This document shows positions 51,533 to 60,417 of a stretch of DNA of 64,000 nucleotides, one piece after another. A program made the translations under genes and the position numbers. How positions within the stretch are numbered: the first letter of the stretch is position 1; every line of letters begins with the position of its first letter. The notes under the pieces were generated by a model, which was given only the letters and a program-made list of their open reading frames with translations, searched no databases and had not been told where the DNA came from. The DNA comes from Candidatus Magasanikiibacteriota bacterium (lineage in GTDB: Bacteria; Patescibacteriota; Patescibacteriia; Magasanikbacterales; GWA2-37-8). Where the stretch lies: contig CAWJAS010000002.1 of the NCBI GenBank assembly GCA_963840935.1, forward strand, positions 71,333 through 135,332, written 5' to 3'.

Positions 51533-54035
51533 ATGAAAAACGCGCAAGATAAAATGTCATTTGGAGAAAACGTCGGCAAATTGATTGACGCGCCGATTGC
51601 CGAAGAAGTAAAACAATCATATTTGGAATACGCCATGAGCGTTATTGTTTCGCGCGCCTTGCCCGATGTACGCGACGGTTTCAAACCAGTACACCGCAGA
51701 ATTATGTATGCCATGTGGGATATTGGACTCAAACACACTTCCAAATACCGCAAATCCGCCCACGTGGTCGGTGAGGTAATGGCCAAATATCACCCGCACG
51801 GCGACGCGGCTATTTATGATTCCATGGTGCGTATGGCGCAGGACTTTTCCATGCGTCAAGTATTTGTGGATGGCCAAGGTAATTTTGGTTCAATGGACGG
51901 CGACAGTGCCGCCGCCATGCGTTACACCGAAGCCAAACTCGCTTCACTGGCCGAAGAAATGCTTTTTGATATTGATAAAAACACGGTTGATTTTATTTCC
52001 ACTTATGACGGTTCCCATAAAGAACCGGCGGTCTTGCCTTCCAAAGTACCAAATCTTTTGCTTAATGGGACGATGGGTATTGCTGTCGGCATGTCCACCA
52101 CCATTGCACCTCACAATCTTGGTGAACTTTGCGATGGTGTTATCATGCTCATAAAAAATCCCAAAACAACCATCGAAGACTTAACCGAAGTAATTAAAGG
52201 CCCTGACTTCCCGACTGGCGGAATTATTTACAACAAAAAAGATATTGCCGGCATGTATGCCACGGGCAAAGGCGGAATTGTACTTCGCGCCAAAGCGGAA
52301 ATCCACGAAGCCAAAGCCGGGCATTTTCAAATTATTGTTACTGAAATCCCCTACCAAGTGAATAAGGCGACCCTGCTCGAAAAAATCGCCGGCTTGGTCC
52401 AAGAAAAAAAGCTGGAAGGAATTAAAGACCTGCGCGACGAATCAAACAAAGACGGGGTTCGCGTGGTGGTTGACCTTAAAAAAGATTCTTACCCCAAAAA
52501 AATTTTAAATCAACTTTTTAAAATAACCGAACTGCAAACTACTTTCCACTCCAACATGCTGGCATTGGTTGATGGTATTCAACCACGAATTTTGAATTTA
52601 AAAACCATTTTGGAAGAATTTATCAAACACCGCCAAGTGGTAATCCGCCGACGAACCGAATTTGATTTGGCCAAAGCCAAAGATCGCGCCCATATTTTGG
52701 AGGGTTTAAAAATGGCCTTGGATAAAATCGATTTGGTCATCAAAACCATCCGCGCTTCCAAAGACAAAGACGAAGCAAAAATCAATTTGATCACCAAATT
52801 CAAATTTACCGACCGCCAAGCGACCGCCATTTTGGAAATGAAATTGCAACAACTGGCTAATTTGGAAAGCACAAAAAATTGAAGATGAATTAAAAGAAAA
52901 GAAAGCAATAATCAAAGAACTGGAATCAATACTCGCTTCTGAATCAAGAATTTTAAGTATTATCAAAACCGAAACTGAGGAAATAAAAGACAAATTCGCC
53001 GAACCAACGAAGGACACAAATTGTGGCGCACGGCATTAAAGAATTCACGGTTGAAGATTTGGTACCGAACGAACCGACCATTATTATGACGACAACCGAC
53101 GGTTATATCAAACGATTACCGCCAGACACTTTCCGCCAGCAATCACGCGGAGGCAAAGGAGTCATCGGAGTTACTACCAAAGAAGAAGAATCGGTGGACA
53201 TGCTTCAAATGACCAATACGCACGACAATATTTTATTCTTTACCAATCGTGGGCGTGCCTTCCAACTTATGGCCTATGATATTCCGCAAGGAAGCCGAAC
53301 AGCCAAAGGCCAAGCTTTGGTCAACTTTTTGCAATTGGCGCCAAACGAAAAAGTGGCGACCATGCTCGCTATGGCCAATATGACTGACGCGAAATATTTG
53401 GTAATGGTGACCAAAAAAGGTTTGATCAAAAAAACATCTCTTGAAGATTTCGCCAATGTCCGTCGTTCCGGTTTGATCGCCTTGAAACTAAAAGGCGATG
53501 ATTCAATGGAATGGGTCAAACCTTCGTCGGGCAAAGACGAAATTAGTATTATTACGCTAAAAGGCCAGGCTATTCGTTTTGAAGAAAATGATGTGCGCCC
53601 GATGGGAAGAACCGCGGCCGGTGTTCGCGGTATTCGCCTTCACGACAAAGACGAAGTGATTTCCATGGATATTGTCGACCCAAGTAATAAAAATCTTGAA
53701 CTTTTAACTAGTGGGCGAAAACGGCATGGGCAAGCGAACTGGCATTATCGCAATACAAAGTACAAGGCCGAGGCGGAAGCGGAATTAAAACAGCCGAAAT
53801 CACGCAAAAAACCGGCAACCTGATTCACGCTTGTTTGGTTGATGGCTCAAAAGAAGATAATTATGATTTATTACTGATGTCAAACAAGGGTCAGACAATC
53901 CGCCTGCCGTTAAAAGCGGTTTCTGTATCAGGCCGAGCCACTCAAGGCGTGCGTTTGATGCGATTCAAAGAAGAAAGCGCCAAAGTAGCCAGCGTCACTT
54001 TGATTGAAAATACCAACGGCGAAACTCTGGCATAA
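51533..54035 (+). CDS. gyrA: DNA gyrase subunit A, split by four +1 frameshifts in this sequence
   Basis: [30 protein letters not shown], GyrA-box-like QSRGGKG, pinwheel repeats; removing one base near each of 52868, 53007, 53707 and 53741 restores a continuous frame. Confidence 0.95.
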
Positions 54036-54044
54036 AAATATTTT

Positions 54045-54078
54045 TTAAAACACCCCGCGCAATGTGGGGTGTTTTTTT
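54045..54078. terminator. Bidirectional terminator
   Basis: AAAACACCCCGC-GCAAT-GTGGGGTGTTTT. Confidence 0.75.
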
Positions 54079-54085
54079 ATTTGAT

Positions 54086-54160
54086 TGGTGCCCTCGGCGC
54101 GAATCGAACGCACATCATCTCCTTCGGAGGGAGATATTCTATCCATTGAACTACGAGGAC
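54086..54160 (-). tRNA. tRNA-Arg(CCG)
   Basis: GTCCTCG/CGAGGGC acceptor, TCTCC-CTCCGAA-GGAGA anticodon arm, encoded CCA. Confidence 0.95.
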
Positions 54161-54164
54161 AAAA

Positions 54165-55178
54165 CTAAAATATTCTTCTTATGGCGCGTAAAATTCTATA
54201 AAGCTTAAACTTCCATGGCGTAATTACCAAATCAAATGTCCCCGGTGTTTCAAAATACTCCCCACCAAATCCTTGTTTAAAGCGCGTCACTCCGGCATAT
54301 TGGTGTTTTGGATCAAACGCATAATCTTTTTCTTCTTGCTTATTAACTCTCGGCGCAACACCAAAAAAATCATAAAATTTATACCCATACCTCTGACCCA
54401 TTTTAATCCCCTCCCACTGAATCAAATATGGCGCCATCAAAGAACGGTGCTCATAGTCGGACGCGCCAAAAACATAGGTGAATGTATCTCCAAATCCGGC
54501 AAACACGGCAGTGGCAATCGGTTTGCTTTCAAAATAAACGGTCAATTGATGAGTTAACGGAGAAAAAATTATTTCATGGTAATGTCTTTCTTCATGCAAA
54601 CGGAATTTATCTCGCTTGGCTGTCCGCTTCATCAAATCCATAAACAAATCGGCATTCTTGTCGTCTGATACCCGTAAATTCTTTTTTTGCGCCAAATTAA
54701 TATTGTAGCGCGTTTTTTGATGCATAGCGCCGAGTAAATCATCGGGTATTTTATTCATGTCTAAAATTAAAGTGGCGCGCGGATTGACATCAATTGATTT
54801 TAGAATTTTTAATTTTGAATTTTGAATTAGCTCCTCCACGGTAAATGGCTCAATCCTAAAAAAAATACATTTTTTTAATTTTAAATATTCGTTAATCAAT
54901 TCAAATATTTTTGATATTTGAAATTCGGATTTTGAAATTTTTACAATCGGCCCTTTAGGACAAAAGGCATACCGCCAACCAAACAAAATATTTTGATACT
55001 CGATGAGCGCCATGGCAATCAGTTCGTCGTTATAAAAAATAACTAACCGTTCACTGTTTTTTCCTTCGCGCGACAAAATTTCTTCCCATTCAAAGGATTG
55101 GCAAAACGGCGGGCGTTCAATATTTTCTTTGAGCCAGCTATTCGGTAAATCAAATTTTGTTTCAATTCTCAAGGTCAT
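54165..55178 (-). CDS. FemABX-family peptidoglycan bridge aminoacyltransferase
   Basis: QSFEW, PKGP, MHQKTRYNINLA, YDFFG, GVTRFKQGFGG. Confidence 0.92.
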   Translation of the reverse strand: MTLRIETKFDLPNSWLKENIERPPFCQSFEWEEILSREGKNSERLVIFYNDELIAMALIEYQNILFGWRYAFCPKGPIVKISKSEFQISKIFELINEYLKLKKCIFFRIEPFTVEELIQNSKLKILKSIDVNPRATLILDMNKIPDDLLGAMHQKTRYNINLAQKKNLRVSDDKNADLFMDLMKRTAKRDKFRLHEERHYHEIIFSPLTHQLTVYFESKPIATAVFAGFGDTFTYVFGASDYEHRSLMAPYLIQWEGIKMGQRYGYKFYDFFGVAPRVNKQEEKDYAFDPKHQYAGVTRFKQGFGGEYFETPGTFDLVITPWKFKLYRILRAIRRIF

Positions 55179-55292
55179 AATATGTTCATATTATCGCAAT
55201 CATGAACAAAAAGCAAACAAAAACGCGCCTGTTAAAATAACGACGCGTTTGGAAAGGACGAAACCACGATTGAAACAGTGTTATTCTTGCTC

Positions 55293-55511
55293 TCACGGAA
55301 AATCATTATGGCCAAAATTAGACCCTAAAATAATCAGCAAAAAACCGGATAAAATTGCCAAAGATGAAATCCAAGGAGGCTGGCCCGTGAAGCTGTAGCA
55401 AATCAAACTAATGCCGAAGAAAAAAATAATTAACAGAAGCATTACGCGGATAATAAACAACAAGGCGTGTTCCACCAAAAAACCAAACTTTGCAATGAAT
55501 CCGTTTTTCAT
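55293..55511 (-). CDS. Small two-TM membrane protein
   Basis: 72 aa hydrophobic, AAGGAGG SD. Confidence 0.6.
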   Translation of the reverse strand: MKNGFIAKFGFLVEHALLFIIRVMLLLIIFFFGISLICYSFTGQPPWISSLAILSGFLLIILGSNFGHNDFP

Positions 55512-55602
55512 TTCATCCTCCTTTTATTCAATCATTTTGTTTTTAATGAGCAAAAACCTCTTTTGATTCAAAATTGTAATACAGCTATTAATTGTTGTCA
55601 AT

Positions 55603-55657
55603 AAAAAAAGCCCCCGCGAAGATTACTCTCGGCGGGGGGCAGGAAAGGGCTATTTTT
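55603..55657 (-). terminator. Intrinsic terminator ending the 57.1-55.6 kb unit
   Basis: Minus strand GCCCCCCGCCGAG...TTCGCGGGGGC-TTTTTTT. Confidence 0.7.
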
Positions 55658-55659
55658 TG

Positions 55660-56460
55660 TTTTGGTGTTTGGTGCGTGCGATTTTTTTTGACCACGATCG
55701 AGCACCCTCGGAACACCATCCTTCAGAGGCCATTGTCACTCGTTGATTTCCCCAACGAGCAAACTTACAGCTTGAAGGCAAACCGGCCTGTTTTTTGATT
55801 TCTGCAAGGACGAAGTGCGCGAGAAGCTGACATTTTAATCTTCTGGCGCGGGCGGTCCCAGAAACCAACTTACGGCAGGACAGGTCCTGCGACTAAATCG
55901 TCTTGCCCGGATTGTGGGGGCCGGCGTCAGCGCGCCGAGGCAGTTTGTATTCTATTTTTGTCATTGCGCCGTCTGCCTATGGCGCTCACGAGCTCAGTCG
56001 CATATTTCTCTCCCGGCCCGCATATGGGCCCGATGGAACCCCGCTCTTGTTTTGCTCGTTTGCCGTGCATACGGCAGAGGGGGTTCGCAAGCCCTTTCTA
56101 AATCAGAAACGAAATTAAGGTGCCGATTTGCTTAGGTTCGGCATCCGGGTGGATCTGCTTCCACTTGGCTCACAACTTATTGGCGGGGCGTGTGACTCCC
56201 CCTGTCATCTCCGGTATGGTTTTGGTTAGCAACGGTCGAGAACGCCCATTGCATACCTCCTTTTTTCGTTGAGATTTTCTTCTCACTATGCCCGACATTT
56301 ATGTCAGGCATAGAATTAAAGGCCGAGTTTCACGCGTTACTCGGCTTCGCGTCCACAGCGTGGATTCTCACAACTTACGGTATGTGACTCCGGCACGTTC
56401 ACGTGCGTTCGCAGGGTGATGTTATCCTTGCTACGGAAAGGGCATTTTGACCTCCTGTGT
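55660..56460 (-). ncRNA. Putative structured RNA region with repeated UAAGUU motif and mini-ORFs (unknown class)
   Basis: No convincing long ORF, dense GC-rich hairpins, two GGAGTCACA...TAAGTTGTGAG units and two more GTAAGTT motifs. Confidence 0.5.
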
Positions 56461-56498
56461 TCGTCGTTGGGGGTTGCATCAGTGGCCTGAGTTCTCTG

Positions 56499-56972
56499 CT
56501 ACGCCTCCGCCGTCTTCTTGGTGGCGGTGGCGGCCTTCCTCGCCTTCTTGCCAGCGGCGGGCTTCTCCTGCCTGGTGGCGGTGGGATGCATGGCGACGGG
56601 AGCCGGCGGGCCGACGATGAGAATCACGCTGTCCTCGTCCTCGACCATGTCGATGCCGACCAGGTCGGCGATCGTGGCCGTGTGGACCCGGCGTCGCGCC
56701 AAGCGCTCCGCCTCCTCCTGCGCCACCTCGAGCATCGCCTTCTCCACCAGGTCGTAACGGAAGGTGAAGCACTTGTAGGCGAGGTCCCTGGGGAGCTTGT
56801 CCTTCATCGCCCTGAGCTCGAGCCCGTGCTGGGGGCAAAGGGCGAACGCGGGCAGGTCGGCGAGCGTCACCTCGCGACCGAGCTTCGCCTCGACCACCTT
56901 GCGGTGGGGAAGCCAGCCCCTGGTCTTGTCGGTGATCGGCCGCCCGCACACGGAACACTTCATCTTTTCCAT
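56499..56972 (-). CDS. GC-rich hypothetical protein with putative Zn ligands (CxxC...CxxH) and Lys/Ala-rich tail
   Basis: AAGGAGG SD; CSVCG, CPQHG; strong G/C third-position bias in this frame. Confidence 0.75.
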   Translation of the reverse strand: MEKMKCSVCGRPITDKTRGWLPHRKVVEAKLGREVTLADLPAFALCPQHGLELRAMKDKLPRDLAYKCFTFRYDLVEKAMLEVAQEEAERLARRRVHTATIADLVGIDMVEDEDSVILIVGPPAPVAMHPTATRQEKPAAGKKARKAATATKKTAEA

Positions 56973-57126
56973 GAAAACCCTCCTTGTCAAAAAAATTTTG
57001 GGACTCGAACGTTCAATAAAAGGTTGGTGCTAATTATTATTCTATAGACATATCAATCAAAAATATCGTCTCTGCACTTATCAACCCTTTATTGAACGCT
57101 TGAATCCATTTTTTAAGGAACTGATT

Positions 57127-57155
57127 AGTATATCACATTTTTACCCTTTTGTCAA
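57127..57155 (-). promoter_or_regulatory. Sigma70 promoter
   Basis: Minus strand TTGACA-17 nt-TATACT. Confidence 0.75.
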
Positions 57156-57278
57156 GGGCTTGGCCTTTACCGCCCAAAATCCTCAAAATTTAGCCAAAAA
57201 ACAGCTGACTTGCCAAAATCATCCAATTATTGTATAATAAACGCCGATTTACTCAATTTTATTAATTATTGAAATAAT

Positions 57279-57488
57279 ATGGGCTTACCCGGACATCGCA
57301 GGACTTCCTCGCATAAACGCCGTCGCGCCGCGCATTTCGCGCTTTCAGAAACAACATATAATCTTTGCCCCAAGTGCAAAAAACCGGTCAAACCGCATCG
57401 CGCTTGCGATTTTTGTGGCACCTACAAGGGCCGAGAAGTAATTAATGTTAAGCGAAAAACCGCCCGCGCCGCCAAAAAAGCAAAATAA
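57279..57488 (+). CDS. rpmF: 50S ribosomal protein L32
   Basis: RRRAAH...CPKC...PHRACDFCGTYKGR. Confidence 0.95.
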   Translation: MGLPGHRRTSSHKRRRAAHFALSETTYNLCPKCKKPVKPHRACDFCGTYKGREVINVKRKTARAAKKAK

Positions 57489-57545
57489 TATTGCGCTTTG
57501 CGCATCGGCCACTGCCGAGCTCTTTAATCTTTGACCTATATTTAT

Positions 57546-58001
57546 ATGTCTAATCGCCATTTGGCAAGAAGCATCGCCATGCAAACATTGTTTGAATGGG
57601 ATTTTCGCGGGCAAGACAACGACCGTTTGCCGACTATTTTGGAACACAATTTGAATGAATTTGGCCAAGGCATGAACGAAAAGGATTTTACAGTGGCCTT
57701 AATTAACGGCACAATAGCCAATTTAAAAAAAATCGATAAAATTATTTCCGAATACGCCCCGGACTGGCCGATTGACCAAATCACGGTGGTAGACAGAAAT
57801 GTTTTGCGCGTTGGAATTTATGAATTGGTGTTTGGCAAAGATGTTCCGCCGAAAGTAGCGATTAACGAAGCAATTGAACTGGCCAAAGGTTACGGCGGTC
57901 CGTCATCCGGCAAATTTGTGAATGGAGTTTTGGGCGCGATATTCAAAAACATGGCCAAAGAAGAAGACGGAACGGATAGTGGCTCATCTGAAAAAGAATA
58001 A
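57546..58001 (+). CDS. nusB: Transcription antitermination factor NusB
   Basis: [41 protein letters not shown]. Confidence 0.97.
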   Translation: MSNRHLARSIAMQTLFEWDFRGQDNDRLPTILEHNLNEFGQGMNEKDFTVALINGTIANLKKIDKIISEYAPDWPIDQITVVDRNVLRVGIYELVFGKDVPPKVAINEAIELAKGYGGPSSGKFVNGVLGAIFKNMAKEEDGTDSGSSEKE

Positions 58002-58019
58002 AAAGAATTAAATAATTAT

Positions 58020-58785
58020 ATGACTTTAACCAGGCCTGAAATAATAGCAAAAAACTTTCCCTCTTTTGAAAAAAAGATGGGACTTAGTTTTAAAAACCCG
58101 GAATACTTGGTACAGGCCTTTGTTCATCGCTCATATTTGAACGAGCATCGCGATTTTCCGTTGGCCCAAAATGAAAGATTGGAATTTTTGGGCGACGCGG
58201 TATTGGAATTAATCGTGACTGAATTTTTATTTAATGAATTTGGCAATCCGGAAGGAGAATTAACCAATTGGCGCGCGGCGCTTGTTAACGCAAAAACCTT
58301 GGCAAGCGTTGCCTATGAAACCGGCATGGAATCATATTTATTTTTGAGCCACGGCGAATCAAAAGATGCCGGTACAAAAGCCCGCGACTATATTATGGCC
58401 AATACGATTGAAGCTGTAACCGGTGCGATTTATTTGGATAGCGGTTATGACAGCGCAAAAGATTTTATTTCACGTTGGCTTCTGCCAAAACTTCCATATA
58501 TTTTGGAAAATGGATTGTATATGGACGCGAAAAGCCAATTCCAGAAAATCCTCGCAAGAAATAATGGGTGTAACACCGAGTTATAAAGTACTTGAGGAAA
58601 GCGGACCGGACCACGCAAAAATTTTTAAAGTCGGCGTATATTTGGAAAAAGAATTGATTGCATCGGGCGAAGGGATGAGTAAACAAGAAGCTCAGACTGA
58701 AGCGGCGGAAGCGGCATTAAAAATAAAAGGATGGAAGGGGCCAAGTGTAAATGTGATAAAAAGAAACCCGGGAGATCCGCTTTAA
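58020..58785 (+). CDS. rnc: Ribonuclease III, with one frameshift near 58545
   Basis: NERLEFLGDAVL; dsRBD (DAKSQFQ / SSQEIMG...SGPDHAKIF...SKQEAQTEAA) continues in another frame. Confidence 0.95.
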
Positions 58786-58934
58786 AACAGTTAAAAGTTG
58801 CAAGCGCGGGTTGCTAGCTCCCCAGCAACAACCCTTCGGGTTGTGCGGGGCACGGCAGCTTCCAGCTTCGCTAGCAAATATTGTGGTTAACAATGGTACG
58901 CTTAAAAGTTTAATTATTTTTTCTATTAACGAAC

Positions 58935-59007
58935 GGGTTGCTAGCTCAGCTGGTAGAGCAGGTCCCTCTTAAGGACAAGGTCCTGGGTTCGAATCCCAGG
59001 CGACCCA
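58935..59007 (+). tRNA. tRNA-Lys(CTT)
   Basis: GGGTTGC/GCGACCC acceptor, loop CTCTTAA, GTTCGAAT T-loop. Confidence 0.95.
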
Positions 59008-59237
59008 CATAATTAAAAAAACGCACAAAGTGCGGTTTTTTATTTGTGAGGTCGAAGCGACCAAACTGCTTTGGTCGCGTCTGGATTCGAACGCCGGAGC
59101 GATGTTTGGCGAGCTTGCGGGCGAGACAAACCGCGAGGCGGTGGCTAGACCGCGAGGTCGGAAGACCGAGCGAGTCGAAGCCGACTCCCAGGCGACCCAC
59201 ATAATTAAAAAAACGCACAAAGTGCGGTTTTTTATTT
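58994..59237 (+). repeat. 52-bp direct repeat (tRNA-Lys 3' end plus terminator) flanking a 140-bp structured element
   Basis: TCCCAGGCGACCCACATAATTAAAAAAACGCACAAAGTGCGGTTTTTTATTT at 58994-59045 and 59186-59237. Confidence 0.9.
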
Positions 59238-59942
59238 AGCTAAGTATTTCTTTCTTTCTTTTTCGGGAAACTTCTCAATGGCGTAACGAAGCATCGTTCT
59301 TGGCATTTCAAATTTATGGCAATCAAGGAATTTTTTTTCAATTTGCTCCCCGCAATTCTTTCCAACCTCGCGTAACATCCAACCAACGGCTTTGTGAATC
59401 AAGTCATGCTTATCATGCAATAAAATCTTTGATAATTTTAGCGTCCAAGCGCAATCCCTTTTCTTAATAAAGTAATACGAAGCAAGAATGGCCACTCGCC
59501 TACTCCATAAATGTTTACTTTTTGCTAGCTTTATTAATATTTTTTTATCTTTATCAAATAAATAATCGCCGATTATTTTGGGTGCGGATAAATCAACCAA
59601 ATCCCAATTGTCAATATAATGCAGATTTTTCAAATATATTTGAAAAATTTTTTTCTTTTCTCTCAACTCCGACTCTTCATATTTAAAAACCAAAATAAAC
59701 AAAGCTGTTAACCGTGCCTCGTGATAATGACTCCGTAATAAACTAACCACTTCATCAAAAGAAATTAAAGAAAAATATTTTTTGGCCATTTTCCTTTGAT
59801 TTGGCACAACGATACCCAAAAATTTATCACCATAACCATATTCTCCCGGTCCTGTTTTAAAAAAACGTTGCAAAATTTTTGCTTTATGGGAATCAGACAA
59901 ACTATGTAATTCATTATTAATTGTATTTAAATAATTTGGCAT
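59232..59942 (-). CDS. DNA alkylation repair protein (AlkD-like)
   Basis: FFKTGPGEYG, HEARL, NWDLVD, KAVGWMLREVGK, MPRTMLRYAIE; start trimmed to MPNY. Confidence 0.92.
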   Translation of the reverse strand: MPNYLNTINNELHSLSDSHKAKILQRFFKTGPGEYGYGDKFLGIVVPNQRKMAKKYFSLISFDEVVSLLRSHYHEARLTALFILVFKYEESELREKKKIFQIYLKNLHYIDNWDLVDLSAPKIIGDYLFDKDKKILIKLAKSKHLWSRRVAILASYYFIKKRDCAWTLKLSKILLHDKHDLIHKAVGWMLREVGKNCGEQIEKKFLDCHKFEMPRTMLRYAIEKFPEKERKKYLAK

Positions 59943-59999
59943 ATCATATTGACAAATGATAGTGTATACTATACATTTAAGAAACAATTTTCGCAATTT

Positions 60000-60105
60000 G
60001 CCCCTATAGTTTAATGGATAGAATATCAGGCTTTGCCGGTTTTGTCTGTGAACGAAGAGAGCGGATACAAAACCGAGCATCCCGCCTTTATGGCGGGACG
60101 AACCT
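60000..60105 (+). pseudogene. Duplicated 5' half of tRNA-Arg(TCG) with a structured insert in the anticodon loop
   Basis: GCCCCTATAGTTTAATGGATAGAATATCAGGCTT identical to 60124-60157, then a two-hairpin insert, then CGAACCT. Confidence 0.8.
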
Positions 60106-60123
60106 TTCCAATAATATAATTTA

Positions 60124-60195
60124 GCCCCTATAGTTTAATGGATAGAATATCAGGCTTCGAACCTGAAGATGGGAGTTCGATTCTCTCTGGGGGCA
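60124..60195 (+). tRNA. tRNA-Arg(TCG)
   Basis: GCCCCTA/TGGGGGC acceptor, TCAGG-CTTCGAA-CCTGA anticodon arm. Confidence 0.95.
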
Positions 60196-60225
60196 CAAAA
60201 ACCATATTAATGGTTTTTATGACCA

Positions 60226-60389
60226 CAAGCGACTAAACAGTTTTAGTCGCGTGAGAAATCGAACGCCGGAGCGATGTTTGGCGAGCCTGCGGGCGAGACA
60301 AACCGCAATTCGCCAACTGGCGAAGGTGGCTAGACAAAATTTTCGGAAGAAAATTTTAGTCAGAAGCCAATTCTCTCTGGGGGCACAAA
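60226..60389 (+). repeat. Second copy of the tRNA-downstream structured element, ending in a duplicate of the tRNA-Arg 3' end
   Basis: Shares TCGAACGCCGGAGCGATGTTTGGCGAGCyTGCGGGCGAGACAAACCGC and GGTGGCTAGAC with 59055-59185; ATTCTCTCTGGGGGCACAAA repeated. Confidence 0.9.
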
Positions 60390-60417
60390 GAACCGTTCAT
60401 TAAAAAAGGAGAAGAAG

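Noticed and set aside
51533-54035. Programmed frameshifting or true pseudogenisation of gyrA
   Set aside because: Four same-type single-base duplications with no other decay fit sequencing error better.
55592-56135. Short ORFs 55592-55798, 55650-55868, 55903-56118 and 55914-56135
   Set aside because: TTG/GTG-type starts without SD, mutually overlapping, no motifs.
55660-56460. tmRNA, group I/II intron, hammerhead, twister or fluoride riboswitch identity
   Set aside because: No tRNA-like ends, no domain V or P7 consensus, no CUGAUGA/GAAA core recognised by eye; needs cmscan to exclude formally.
56457-57047. Alternative ORFs 56457-57047 (+) and 56479-56958 (-)
   Set aside because: Off-frame products of a GC-rich gene; the SD and codon bias support 56972-56499.
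58946-59239. ORFs across tRNA-Lys and its repeat
   Set aside because: They overlap the tRNA and structured repeat and are spurious.
59943-60080. N-terminal extension of the AlkD-like ORF
   Set aside because: It overlaps the tRNA promoter and pseudo-tRNA; family-like sequence starts at MPNY.
59007-60124. Integrative island carrying the AlkD-like gene between the tRNAs
   Set aside because: The tRNA-end duplications do not enclose the gene and no integrase is present.
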